A stretch of 64,000 bases of DNA from positions 8,815 to 72,814 of the forward strand of contig CAXNJO010000016.1 of assembly GCA_964202905.1 (NCBI GenBank), written 5' to 3'. Of this stretch, positions 19,845-29,790 are shown piece after piece. Position 1 is the stretch's first letter. Each line of letters begins with the position of its first letter. The DNA is from Polyangiales bacterium. Lineage in GTDB: Bacteria; Myxococcota_A; Polyangia; Polyangiales; JADJQN01. Below the pieces are notes generated by a model. That model ran no database searches and was not told the DNA's origin. It was given only the letters and a program-made list of their open reading frames with translations. Both the position numbers and the translations under genes were made by a program.

Positions 19845-22118
19845 TCAGCGCCGCTGCCGGTCGCGCTGCATCGCGGCCCAGGCCGACTTGCCCATGTGGT
19901 AGGGCTTCGGCCACGCGAGATCGACGCCGAGCTCCGCGGCCGCGTGCAGCGTCCAGTACGGGTCGGCGAGGTGCGGCCGCGCGAGCACGCAGAGATCGGC
20001 GCGCCCCGCCGCGAGGATGCTGTTCACCTCGTCGGGCGTCGTGATGCCGCCGACGGTCATGGTGCGCACGCGCGCCTCGTTGCGGACGAGGTCCGAGAGG
20101 TGCGTCATCCAGCAGCGTCCGTAGGGCGGGCGGCCCTCGGGCGTCGTCTGCCCGCTCGAGACGTCGATGACGTCGCAGCCGTGCTCCGCGAGCGCGCGCG
20201 CGAGCACGAGCACCTCGTCCGGCGTGATGCCGCCCTCGATCCAGTCGCTCGCGCTGATGCGCACGGCGAGCGGGCGGTCGCTCGGCCACGCGTCGCGGAC
20301 GGCAGCGAAGACCTCGAGCGGGAAGCGCATGCGCGCCTCGATGTCGCCGCCGTATTCGTCGGTGCGGCGGTTGGAGACGGGCGTGAGGAAGCTCGAGAGC
20401 AGATAGCCGTGCGCGAGGTGCACCTCGCAGAGATCGAAGCCCGCGCGCGCGGCGTGCCCCGCGGCCCGCGCGAAATCGGCGACGACGCGGTCCATGTCGG
20501 CGCGCGTCATCTCGCGCGGCACGGGCGAGTACGGGGCGTACGGCAGCGGCGAGGGCGCGATCACCGGCCACGCGCCTGCGTCGAGCGGCTCGTCCGGGCG
20601 CGCGCACTCCCACGGCACCTTCGTCGAGCCCTTGCGGCCCGCGTGCGCGAGTTGCACGCCGATCTTCGCGCGCGTGTTCCCATGCACGAAGTCGACGATG
20701 CGCCGCCAGGCCTGCTCGTGCGCGTCGCTCCAGAGGCCCGTGCAGCCCGGCGTGATGCGGCCGTCGGCGGAGACGTCGGTCATCTCCGTCATCACGAGCC
20801 CCGCGCCGCCCATCGCGCGGCTGCCGTAGTGCACCATGTGGAAATCACTCGGGATTCCGTCGACGGCCGAGTACATGCACATCGGCGACACGACGACGCG
20901 GTTCTCGAGGGTCAGGCCACGCAGCGCGAGCGGCGTGAAGAGCGGCGGCACCACGGCGCCCTCGGCGTACACCTCGACCCCCGCCGTACGCGCGAAGTCG
21001 CGATCGACCTCGGCGAGCAGCGCGCCGTCGCGCTGGCGCAGGTTCGCGTGCGTGACGCGGCGGCTGCGCGTGAGCAGCGAGAACGCGAACTGCGTCGGCT
21101 CGAAGGCCTGGTGGTAGCGGCGCACGTTCTCGAACCACTCGAGGCTCTCCTGCGCGGCGCGCTGGATGCGCTCGACCACGGGGCGCCGCTCGCGCTCGTA
21201 GAGCGCCAGCGCGCGCGGCACGTCCGGCTCGGCCGCGAGCGCACCGGCGAGCGCGATGGAGTCCTCGATCGCGAGCTTCGTGCCCGAGCCGATCGAGAAG
21301 TGCGCGGTGTGCGCGGCGTCGCCGAGGAGCACGACGTTCTCGTGGGACCAGCGCTCGTTGCGCACCGTCGTGAACTGCAGCCAGCGTGAGCGGTTGCCGC
21401 GCAGGGTCGCGCCCGCGAGCTCGCGCGAGAAGAGCGCCTCGCAGTACGCGATGCTCTGCGCCTCGTCGGCGGTGTCGAGGCCGGCGCGGCGCCAGGTCTG
21501 CTCGTCCGTCTCGACGATGAAGGTGCTCGTCTCGGTGTCGAACGGATACGCGTGCACCTGGAAGAGCCCGTGCCCGTTCTCGCGGAAGTAGAACGTGAAT
21601 TCGGGGAGGCGGCACGACGCGCCGAGCCAGATGTAGCGCGCGGACCGGACGTCGAGGTTCGGGCGGAACACGTCGGGGAACGCCGCGCGGACGCCGCTGT
21701 TCACGCCATCGGCGCCGAGCACGAGGTCCGCGTCGGCGCTCACCGCACGCAGATCCGGGACCTCGGTGGCGAAGCGGAGATCGACACCGAGCGCGGCCGC
21801 GCGCGCCTGCAGGATCTGCAAGAGCCGCTTGCGCGAGAGGCCGCAGAAGTCGTGGCCCGTCGAGCGCGTGACGACGCCGCGGTCGTGGGTCGTGATGTCG
21901 CTCCACCGGACGAAGGCGCGCTCGATCTCCGCGTAACTCTCGGGATCGGCGTCGCGCAGGTTGCCGAGCGTCTGCTCGCTGAAGACGACGCCCCAGCCGA
22001 AGGTGTCGTCGGCGCGGTTGCGCTCGTACACGACGACCTCGTGCGAGGGGTCGCGCTTCTTCGCGAGGATGCCGAGGTAGAGGCCCGCAGGCCCGCCGCC
22101 GATCGAGACGATTTTCAC
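19845..22118 (-). CDS. Bifunctional salicylyl-CoA 5-hydroxylase / anthraniloyl-CoA monooxygenase-reductase (FAD monooxygenase + Old Yellow Enzyme fusion)
   Basis: [47 protein letters not shown] part [37 protein letters not shown]. Confidence 0.92.
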   Translation of the reverse strand: MKIVSIGGGPAGLYLGILAKKRDPSHEVVVYERNRADDTFGWGVVFSEQTLGNLRDADPESYAEIERAFVRWSDITTHDRGVVTRSTGHDFCGLSRKRLLQILQARAAALGVDLRFATEVPDLRAVSADADLVLGADGVNSGVRAAFPDVFRPNLDVRSARYIWLGASCRLPEFTFYFRENGHGLFQVHAYPFDTETSTFIVETDEQTWRRAGLDTADEAQSIAYCEALFSRELAGATLRGNRSRWLQFTTVRNERWSHENVVLLGDAAHTAHFSIGSGTKLAIEDSIALAGALAAEPDVPRALALYERERRPVVERIQRAAQESLEWFENVRRYHQAFEPTQFAFSLLTRSRRVTHANLRQRDGALLAEVDRDFARTAGVEVYAEGAVVPPLFTPLALRGLTLENRVVVSPMCMYSAVDGIPSDFHMVHYGSRAMGGAGLVMTEMTDVSADGRITPGCTGLWSDAHEQAWRRIVDFVHGNTRAKIGVQLAHAGRKGSTKVPWECARPDEPLDAGAWPVIAPSPLPYAPYSPVPREMTRADMDRVVADFARAAGHAARAGFDLCEVHLAHGYLLSSFLTPVSNRRTDEYGGDIEARMRFPLEVFAAVRDAWPSDRPLAVRISASDWIEGGITPDEVLVLARALAEHGCDVIDVSSGQTTPEGRPPYGRCWMTHLSDLVRNEARVRTMTVGGITTPDEVNSILAAGRADLCVLARPHLADPYWTLHAAAELGVDLAWPKPYHMGKSAWAAMQRDRQRR

Positions 22119-22270
22119 GCCGCGGAGGGGACCACGGCGGCCGCGTCGCGTCCACGCCGCAGCGTGAGCAACGTGGCAGGCGCGCCGACCGTGCGCGCCA
22201 CTTCCCTTCACGGCGGTGATCGGTCACTGTCCGCCGCCGCCGCTGCGCGCGCGGTCGAAGGGGAGGGTCC

Positions 22271-24487
22271 GTGGCAGGTCATCGCTGGAAATTCGTACGG
22301 GTCGGCGGCTTCGATCAGGTCTCGCTGACGACGGGGGCCGACGTCGTCGCGCTCCGCGAGCTCGATCAGAAACTCTGGGTCGCGCTCGCGTGCCCGACGA
22401 AGGGCCTCGAGTTCGACGCGCGGACGCTCGCGCTCCTCGACACGAACGGCGACGGCCGCGTCCTCGCGGCCGAGTTGCTCGCGGCGGTCGAGTGGACGGG
22501 GTCGATGCTCACCGACGTCGAGCAGCTCGCGCAGGGCAGCGGTGCGCTGCCGCTCGACCGGATCGCCGCGACGCCGGAGGGCAAGTTGCTCCGCGACACC
22601 GCGCGCGCGTTGCTGCAGAGCGTGGGCAAGGGCGACGCAAAGGCCATCACCGTCGACGAGACCCGCGCCGCGCTCGCGGCGTTCGCGCAGGAGCGCTTCA
22701 ACGGTGACGGCATCCTGACGGCCGACGCGACGGACGACGCCGACCCGAAGCAGGCGATCGCCGACATGCTCGCGTGCGCGCCGGGAACGACCGACAAGAG
22801 CGGCAAACCGGGCGTCGACGGCGCGCGGATCGAGGCCTTCTTCGCGGACGTGGCCGCGCACGCCGCGTGGCTCGCCGCCGGGAGCGCGGACCCTTCGACA
22901 CGGCCGCTCGGCGACGCGACCGACGCCGCGTTCGCCGCGTACGAGTCCGTCCGCGCGAAGGTCGACGACTACTTCGCGCGCTGCCGCGTCGCGGGCTTCG
23001 ACGCGCGCGCGCTCGGCGCGCTCAACCGCGACGAGAAAGAGTACGCCGCGATCGCCGCCGCGGACCTCGCGCCGGGTACCGCGGAGCTCGCCGTCTTCCC
23101 GCTCGCGCAGATCGCGGCCGGCCGCGCGCTCCCGCTCGACGAGGGCGTGAACCCCGCGTGGGCCGCGCGCGTCGAGGCGCTGCGCACGCTCGTGATCGCG
23201 CCGCTGCTCGGCCCGTCCGCCGACACCCGCGCGCTGCGCGAGGCCGACTGGAGCGCGATCCGCGCACGCTTCGCGCCGCGTGAAGCGTGGCTCACCGGCA
23301 AGCAGGGCGCGTCGGTCGAGGCGCTCGGGCCGGCGCGGATCGCGGCCCTCGGCGCGCCCGCCGTGCGCGCGGCCCTCGACGCGCTGCTGGCGCGCGAGAA
23401 GGAAGCCGAGCCGCTCGCGCAGGCGATCGGCTCCGTCGAGAAGCTCGTGCACTTCGTGCGCGATCTGCTGCCCTTCACGCGCAACTTCGTGTCCTTCGAG
23501 GACTTCTACGGCCGCGCCGCGCAGGCCACGTTCCAGGTCGGCACGCTCTACCTCGACACGCGCGCGTGCGATCTCTGCGTGCGCGTCAACGACGACGGGC
23601 GGCACTCGCTCATGGCCCCGCTCTCGAGCACCTGCCTCGTGTACTGCCGGTGCACGAACGCGAAGGGCGACTCGATGTCGATCGCGGCCGCGATGACCGC
23701 GGGCGACGTCGACAACCTCATGGTCGGGCGCAACGGCGTCTTCTATGACCGCCAGGGCGGCGACTGGGACGCGACCGTGACGCGCATCGTCGACGCCCCG
23801 ATCAGCGTGCGGCAGGCCTTCTGGTCCCCTTACAAAAAGGGGATCCGCATGCTCGAGGAGTTCATCTCCAAGCGCGCGACCGACGCCGCCGCCGCGTCGG
23901 ACGCGCGCGTCTCGGGGGCCGTGAACGAGACGACCGCGACCGTCAACGCGGGCGGGGCGCCGGCCGCTGCTGCCGCGCCCGCCGCGCCGAGCAAGCCGCT
24001 CGACATCGGGATCGTCGCGGCCCTCGGCGTCGCGGTGGGCGGCATCACGGCAGCCTTCGGCGCGCTGCTGGGCGCGTTCTTCGGGCTCGGCATCTGGATG
24101 CCGCTCGGCGTGCTCGGGCTGCTGCTCCTCATCTCGGGCCCGTCGATGGCGATCGCGTGGATGAAGCTGCGCCGCCGCAACCTCGGGCCGCTCCTCGACG
24201 CGAACGGCTGGGCGATCAACGCGCAGGCGCGGGTCAACGTCGCCTTCGGCGAGTCGCTGACGCGGCTCGCGACGCTGCCGCCGGGCGCGACGCGCGCGGT
24301 GCGCGATCCCTTCGCGGACAAACGCCGCCCGGTCCGTCTCTACGTCGCCCTCGCGCTCGTCGCCGGACTCGCCCTCGCGTGGTACCTCGGCAAGCTCGAC
24401 GGCTATCTGCCGAACGGCGCACGCAGCACCACGCTCCTCGGGCTCGACGCGCCCGGCGCCGCGTCCGTGCCGGCACCGCACCGCTGA
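22271..24487 (+). CDS. Conserved hypothetical membrane protein with EF-hand-like loops
   Basis: LDQKLWVALACP, DTNGDGRVLAAE, FNGDGIL, GRNGVFYDRQGGDWDATV; C-terminal TM helices. Confidence 0.75.
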   Translation: MAGHRWKFVRVGGFDQVSLTTGADVVALRELDQKLWVALACPTKGLEFDARTLALLDTNGDGRVLAAELLAAVEWTGSMLTDVEQLAQGSGALPLDRIAATPEGKLLRDTARALLQSVGKGDAKAITVDETRAALAAFAQERFNGDGILTADATDDADPKQAIADMLACAPGTTDKSGKPGVDGARIEAFFADVAAHAAWLAAGSADPSTRPLGDATDAAFAAYESVRAKVDDYFARCRVAGFDARALGALNRDEKEYAAIAAADLAPGTAELAVFPLAQIAAGRALPLDEGVNPAWAARVEALRTLVIAPLLGPSADTRALREADWSAIRARFAPREAWLTGKQGASVEALGPARIAALGAPAVRAALDALLAREKEAEPLAQAIGSVEKLVHFVRDLLPFTRNFVSFEDFYGRAAQATFQVGTLYLDTRACDLCVRVNDDGRHSLMAPLSSTCLVYCRCTNAKGDSMSIAAAMTAGDVDNLMVGRNGVFYDRQGGDWDATVTRIVDAPISVRQAFWSPYKKGIRMLEEFISKRATDAAAASDARVSGAVNETTATVNAGGAPAAAAAPAAPSKPLDIGIVAALGVAVGGITAAFGALLGAFFGLGIWMPLGVLGLLLLISGPSMAIAWMKLRRRNLGPLLDANGWAINAQARVNVAFGESLTRLATLPPGATRAVRDPFADKRRPVRLYVALALVAGLALAWYLGKLDGYLPNGARSTTLLGLDAPGAASVPAPHR

Positions 24488-24587
24488 CGCCCGCGCAGCG
24501 CGCTCCACGGGGCGCGCTGCGCTGGGGCCGACGACGACCCGACACCGACGCGCCCTTGCGACGCGCAGCGCGCTCGCCGGGGCGCGC

Positions 24588-25082
24588 TCAGGTCTGCGGC
24601 AACGATCCGACGCGCAGACGCCCGCCCTCGGCGAGGTCGTCCATCACCGCGCGCCACCCTCGCTCGGCGTCCACGCCGACCCGCGCGAAGGCCTCGGCGA
24701 AGCGCTTCCGCTGCAGGTCCGAGACGCGCCGCTCGAAACGCGCCCCCGCCGGCGTGAGCACGAGCGCCTTGCGCCTGCGGCTCTCGGAGGAGGTCGCCGC
24801 CGACACGAGTTCGTCGTCGACGAGCCGACGCAGCGGGCCGGAGATGGCCTGCCGCGTGACGTCGAGCAGCGCGAGCACGTCGCCCACCGAGAGCCCGGGA
24901 TTGCGGCCGACGACGAAGAGGATGCGGTGGTGCACGCGGCCGTAGCCGCGCGTCGCGAGCAGGCGGTCGGGGCCCGCGACGACACGACGGAAACCGAGGT
25001 GGATCAGCTCCATCGCCTCGTCGAGCGGATCGAGGTCGAGCGCCGCCGGCGGGGGGCTCGAGCGGCGCGGGCGCGCGGTCAC
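24588..25082 (-). CDS. MarR family transcriptional regulator (PetP-like)
   Basis: PDRLLATRGYGRVHHRILFVVGRNPGLSVGDVLALLDVTRQAISGPLRRLV...RRKALVLTPAG; GTGA overlap with ilvE. Confidence 0.85.
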   Translation of the reverse strand: MTARPRRSSPPPAALDLDPLDEAMELIHLGFRRVVAGPDRLLATRGYGRVHHRILFVVGRNPGLSVGDVLALLDVTRQAISGPLRRLVDDELVSAATSSESRRRKALVLTPAGARFERRVSDLQRKRFAEAFARVGVDAERGWRAVMDDLAEGGRLRVGSLPQT

Positions 25083-26236
25083 GGGACGTCGTGCATCCAG
25101 CCGAAGCGGTCCGGCGCGTCCCCGCGCTGGATGGCGACGACCTCGTCGTGGAGCGTGCGCGCGAACTCGCCGGGCTGACCATCCGCGACGATCAGATCGC
25201 CGTCCGCGAAGCCGAGCACGCCGACCGGCGACACGACCGCGGCCGTGCCCGTGCCGAAGACCTCGCGCAGCGTCCCGGCGCGCTGGGCTTCGCGGAGCTC
25301 GTCGATCGCGATGCGGCGCTCGGTCACCGTGACGCCGCGCGCGCGGAGCAGGGTGATGACGCTCTCGCGCGTGACCCCAGGGAGGATCGTCCCCTCGAGC
25401 GGCGGCGTGATGACCTCGTCGCCGATCCGCACGAAGAAGTTCATCGTGCCGACCTCCTCGATGAAGCGGCGCTCGACCGCGTCGAGCCAGAGCACCTGCG
25501 CGTAGCCCTTCTTCTTCGCGAGCTCGGCGGCCTGCAGGCTCGCGGCGTAGTTCGCGCCCGTCTTCGCCTCGCCGAGACCGCCCGGCGCCGCGCGCACCTG
25601 CGTCTGCTCGACCCAGATCCGCACGGGCGCGAAGCCCTCCGCGTAGTAGGCGTCGACCGGCCCGACGATCACGAAGAACGTGTACGTCTGCGCGGGCCGC
25701 ACGCCGAGGAAGCCCTCTGTCGCGATCATCGTGGGCCGGATGTAGAGCGAGGCGCCGGGGGCCGAGGGGACCCACGCCTGATCGACGCGCACGAGCTTGT
25801 CGACGGCCGCGATGAACTGCTCGGGCGGGAGCGTCGGCATGCAGATGCGATCGGCGCTTCGACCGAACCGCGCGGCGTGGCGCTCCGGCCGGAAGGTGCG
25901 GAGTTTGCCGTCCGTGCCGCGGAAGGCCTTCAAGCCCTCAAAGATCGACTGCGCGTAATGCAGCACCGCGGCCGAGGGCTGGAGCGAGAGCTGCGTCCAC
26001 GGGACGATCCGCGCGCCGTGCCACGTCGACCCGGCCTCGCCATCCCAGTCCATCTGGAAGACGTGATCCGAGAACACGCGCCCGAAGCCGAGCTTGCCCG
26101 CCGGGCACGCGCGCGGCGCCGGGACGAGCGTGACGTCCACGGGGAAGGCTGCGGCCTGCGATTCGACGCGCGCGCCGGCGCGGCGGGCCGGCTCGCCCGG
26201 CTCGGAGTGACGAGAGGTCGGGACTTCGGTCTGCAT
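25079..26236 (-). CDS. ilvE: Branched-chain amino acid aminotransferase
   Basis: LGFGRVFSDH, LHYAQSIFEGLKA, LYIRP, AKTGANY, EEVGTMN, ILPGVTR, GTGTAAVVSP; GAGGAGG RBS. Confidence 0.95.
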   Translation of the reverse strand: MQTEVPTSRHSEPGEPARRAGARVESQAAAFPVDVTLVPAPRACPAGKLGFGRVFSDHVFQMDWDGEAGSTWHGARIVPWTQLSLQPSAAVLHYAQSIFEGLKAFRGTDGKLRTFRPERHAARFGRSADRICMPTLPPEQFIAAVDKLVRVDQAWVPSAPGASLYIRPTMIATEGFLGVRPAQTYTFFVIVGPVDAYYAEGFAPVRIWVEQTQVRAAPGGLGEAKTGANYAASLQAAELAKKKGYAQVLWLDAVERRFIEEVGTMNFFVRIGDEVITPPLEGTILPGVTRESVITLLRARGVTVTERRIAIDELREAQRAGTLREVFGTGTAAVVSPVGVLGFADGDLIVADGQPGEFARTLHDEVVAIQRGDAPDRFGWMHDVP

Positions 26237-26280
26237 GGTCGTCCTCCTCGGTGCGCTGCACGCCGGGAGCGACGCGAAGC

Positions 26281-26446
26281 GACAAGGTCGTTGACGTGTC
26301 TTGCCGCGGGCCGCGCAACACGTCAAGAGCCTTGATACGTTGACGCGGCGCGTCGCTCAGACACGACACGTCAAGCGACCTTCATACGTCGACGCGGCGA
26401 GGCGCTCCGACACGACACGGCAAGCACCTTGATACGTCGATGCGGC
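26281..26446. repeat. Operator-like array: three ~48-bp direct repeats plus one inverted copy upstream of ilvE-marR
   Basis: acacgtcaag..cttgatacgt(t/c)gacgcggcg units at 26318, 26366, 26415; inverted core ttgacgtgt at 26291. Confidence 0.75.
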
Positions 26447-26524
26447 CGGGCGACGCGTCGCCCCCGTGCGTCGTCCACGCGAGGCCCGCTTGCGGGGTCG
26501 TTGCCCGCGGCACAACACTGCGGG

Positions 26525-26914
26525 GTGCTCCGCCTGCTCGCCGTCGCCCGCCTCGCGCTGACCTTCGCGGTCGCGCTCATCGTTGGGCTCGGCGTGCTCG
26601 GCTCGTCACGCGTCGCGTCCGCGTGCATGCGCAAGTCGCTCGCGGAGGCGCCCTGCTGCGCCGCGATGCGCGCGCCCGTGCGCCTCGAGACGCCGGAGAA
26701 CTGCTGCCGCGCGGGGCGGCTCGGCCAGGCGCCCGCGACGGACCTCGAGGCCCCGCACGGCGCGATCGCCGACGCGCACTGCGTCGCGCAGCCCGCGTGG
26801 TCGCGCGACGGCGAGGTCCCGCCGGCCGTCCCCGCGCGCGCACGCCTCGCACGCGACCGCGCACGACCTCCACCTCACGCGCCACACCTCGCGTTCACCG
26901 TCCTGCGCTGCTGA
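26525..26914 (+). CDS. Small exported Cys/His-rich protein upstream of metal efflux operon
   Basis: Signal/TM helix, C..CC..CC..C, C-terminal RARPPP...FTVLRC; start uncertain. Confidence 0.55.
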   Translation: MLRLLAVARLALTFAVALIVGLGVLGSSRVASACMRKSLAEAPCCAAMRAPVRLETPENCCRAGRLGQAPATDLEAPHGAIADAHCVAQPAWSRDGEVPPAVPARARLARDRARPPPHAPHLAFTVLRC

Positions 26915-27163
26915 GTCACGCGCAGGCCCGGCACGCAGCCGCCGCTGCGTGAGGCGACGCGCGCCACGCCCGGAGCGCCTGACCGCGCGCGAGACGGGGC
27001 GACGACGTCGCCCTCGACGTGAGACGAGCCGCGGGCCCGCACGAGCGGCGCCCGCGAGGACCCGCGTGCAGTGCGGTCGGACGACCGCGACGCCGCCGAG
27101 AGACACGAGCATCCGAGAGACACGAACCGCCGCGCGCCCGCGTGTGCGCGGCGCGGAGGATCC

Positions 27164-28522
27164 ATGGTTCATCGAGGGAACGACCACACCGCGCGTCCAC
27201 GGTTGACGGCGCGACGCGGACTGCACGCACTGCACGCCGCGCTCGCAGGCACCGCCATCGCGGCGTGTCTCGCCGGGTCCCGCGCGGCCCACGCGCACGA
27301 CACGGCGCGCGAGGACGCCGTGTCCGCTCGCCCGCCCGACCCACTCACGCACGCGTGGGTCCAGGCACGCACCCGCAGCGCGAGCCCGCGGATCCGCGCG
27401 CTCACGGCCGGAGTCGAGGCCGCGCGGGCACGGGTCGGTGCGGCCGCGCCCCTCGAGGATCCGATGGTGATGCTCCGCGTGTGGGACCTGCCCGCGGGCC
27501 TCGTGACGCGGGCGCCCGGCCAGACGATGCTCATGGCGCAGCAGTCGCTGCCGCTCTCGGCGATCCGCGCGAGGCGCGAAGACGTCGCGCGCGCCGAGGC
27601 CCGCGAGACGGAGCTCGCGCGTGACGCCGCCGTGCATGCGACGCTGCTCGAGGTCGACCTCGCGTACATCGCACTCTGGGAGGCCGTGGCGCGCGCGACG
27701 CTCGCCGACGCGCAGTCCCGCACCGCCGCACAACAAGCCGCGCTCGTCGCGACGCAGGTCGCGCGCGGCGCCGCGACTCCGGGCGAACTCGCACGCGTGC
27801 AAGTCCTCGTCGCACGCGCGGAGCTCGCGGTGCGCGGGGCTGCTGCGAGCGGCGAGCAACGCCGCGCGTCGCTCGGGGCGTTGCTCGATCTGCCTGCGGG
27901 CACGGCCCTCACCGATCCCCCGGCGGCGCTCGTCGAGCGGCCGCCTCCGACACTCGACGCGCTCACGCACGAGGCGCTCGCGACCCGCGCAGAGTCCCGC
28001 TACGGCGAGGCAGCGCGTGCGCGCGCCACCGCCCTCGAAGGCGTCGCGCGCGCCGCCGACGCGCCCGTGTTGACGGTCGGCGCCGGCGCGATGGTGATGC
28101 CGCACGAAGGCGTCGGGTGGATGCTCGAGACGGGCCTGACCCTGCCCATCTGGCGCGATGCACGGCGCGCACGCCGCGACGAGGCCGCGGCCCTCACGCG
28201 CGAGGCCGACGCGGCCGAGGACGCCTGGCGCGTCGCGATCGCGGCCGAGGTGGCCCGCGCATGGGGCGCGTGGCACGCCGCGCACACCCGCCTCGAAGGG
28301 CTGCGCGAGCGCGTGCTGCCCGCGTACGAAGCGCGCTGCGTGACCGAACGCGCCGCGCTCGCGACGGGGGCGGGCGCGCTCACGGTGCTCGACGCCGAGC
28401 GCGAGCTGCTCGACGTGCACGGCGAGCTGATCGCCGCGCGCGCGGACCTGCTGCGCGCCGACCGCGAAGCGACACACGCGGCGGGCCGCAGCGACGCGCT
28501 TCGCGCGGAGTCCGCACCATGA
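27164..28522 (+). CDS. TolC family outer-membrane factor (CusC/CzcC-like)
   Basis: GGAGGA RBS; signal peptide; LEDPMV, QQSLPL, GLTLPIW, VLDAERELL; ATGA coupling to the adaptor gene. Confidence 0.82.
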   Translation: MVHRGNDHTARPRLTARRGLHALHAALAGTAIAACLAGSRAAHAHDTAREDAVSARPPDPLTHAWVQARTRSASPRIRALTAGVEAARARVGAAAPLEDPMVMLRVWDLPAGLVTRAPGQTMLMAQQSLPLSAIRARREDVARAEARETELARDAAVHATLLEVDLAYIALWEAVARATLADAQSRTAAQQAALVATQVARGAATPGELARVQVLVARAELAVRGAAASGEQRRASLGALLDLPAGTALTDPPAALVERPPPTLDALTHEALATRAESRYGEAARARATALEGVARAADAPVLTVGAGAMVMPHEGVGWMLETGLTLPIWRDARRARRDEAAALTREADAAEDAWRVAIAAEVARAWGAWHAAHTRLEGLRERVLPAYEARCVTERAALATGAGALTVLDAERELLDVHGELIAARADLLRADREATHAAGRSDALRAESAP

Positions 28523-29790
28523 GCGAGGAGACCCCCATCTCGTCGCGCGCACGCGCGGTCGCGGGTGCGCTCCGCTGGGCGCTCGTCGTCGCGGTCGCGC
28601 TGATCGCCGCCCTCGGCGTCGCGATCGGCGCCGGCGTGATCGGCGAGCGCGCGCACGTCACGTACGTGTGCCCGATGCACGCGCAGGTCGTGAACGACGG
28701 CCCCGGCTCGTGCCCGATCTGCGGCATGGATCTCGTCCCCGCATCCACGCTCGACGCGGGCACGCCGGCACCGCACGCAGCGCGCGATGGCGGCGCATCC
28801 GACACGACCCGACCGACGGTGCACGTCGGCGCGGCGCAGGCGCGAAACCTCGGCTTCGCGACGGTGGCGGCGCGGCGGAGCGCGCTCTCCCGACACCTCC
28901 GCGCGCCCGCGCGCGTGGACGCGGACGCGACCGCGAGCGCCGTCGTCGAGGTCCGCCTGCCCGGCTGGCTCGGCGATCTCGCCGTGCGCAGCGTGGGCGA
29001 GCGCGTGCGCCGTGGACAAGCGCTCGCGACGCTGAACAGTCCTTCACTCTTCGAGGCCGAGACCACACTCGCCGCCGCGCGCGACGCCGCGCAGACGCTC
29101 GGGCCCGGCGGCCCGGCGTTGCTCGACGGCGCCCGCGCGCGCCTCGCCGCGCTGGGCGTCCCCGCGCCGGAGGTCGAGCGCGTCGCGCGTGGCGGCGCAC
29201 CGACGACCCGCCTCGCCGTGCCCGCCCCGCGCGGCGGCGTCGTCGTCGCGCTCGCCGCCAGCGAGGGCGCCTGGGTCACGCCGGGCACCGCGCTGCTGAC
29301 GATCGCGGACCCCGCGCGTGTCGCGATCGTCGCCGAGCTCGCCGAGGCGGAGGCGGAGTCGCTCGCAACCGGTGCGCCCGTCACCATCACCTTGCTCGCC
29401 GCACCGACGCGCGCGCTCCCGGGCCGCGTCACGCTGCGGGCGCCGACGATAGACCCCGCACGACGCACGCGCGCCGTGCGGATCCACCTCGACGACGCGG
29501 TCTCCGCAGGCGATGCCCTCGTACCGGGAGCCGCTGCGTGGCTCGACGCAGACCTCGGCGCGCGCGACGCGCTCGTCGTCCCGCGCGACGCCGTGGTGCC
29601 GGGGTCCGAGCGCGCACGCGTCTTCGTCGACGTCGGCGACGGGCACTTCGAGCCGCGGCCCGTGACGACGGGCGCAGAGCGCGACGGACTCGTCGAGATC
29701 ACGGAAGGTCTCCGCGAAGGAGAGCGCGTCGCGACGGTCGGCGCGTTCCTGCTCGAGGCCGAGAGCCGCCTGCTCGGAGGCGCGCCGTGA
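28519..29790 (+). CDS. cusB: RND periplasmic adaptor (CusB-like) with heavy-metal binding domain
   Basis: YVCPMHAQV...CPICGMDLVP, GERVRRGQAL, LVVPRDAVV, GAFLLEAESRL. Confidence 0.85.
   Translation: MSEETPISSRARAVAGALRWALVVAVALIAALGVAIGAGVIGERAHVTYVCPMHAQVVNDGPGSCPICGMDLVPASTLDAGTPAPHAARDGGASDTTRPTVHVGAAQARNLGFATVAARRSALSRHLRAPARVDADATASAVVEVRLPGWLGDLAVRSVGERVRRGQALATLNSPSLFEAETTLAAARDAAQTLGPGGPALLDGARARLAALGVPAPEVERVARGGAPTTRLAVPAPRGGVVVALAASEGAWVTPGTALLTIADPARVAIVAELAEAEAESLATGAPVTITLLAAPTRALPGRVTLRAPTIDPARRTRAVRIHLDDAVSAGDALVPGAAAWLDADLGARDALVVPRDAVVPGSERARVFVDVGDGHFEPRPVTTGAERDGLVEITEGLREGERVATVGAFLLEAESRLLGGAP

Noticed and set aside
26318..26446. Possible CRISPR array
   Set aside because: Whole units are similar with no unique spacers; only three copies; no cas genes
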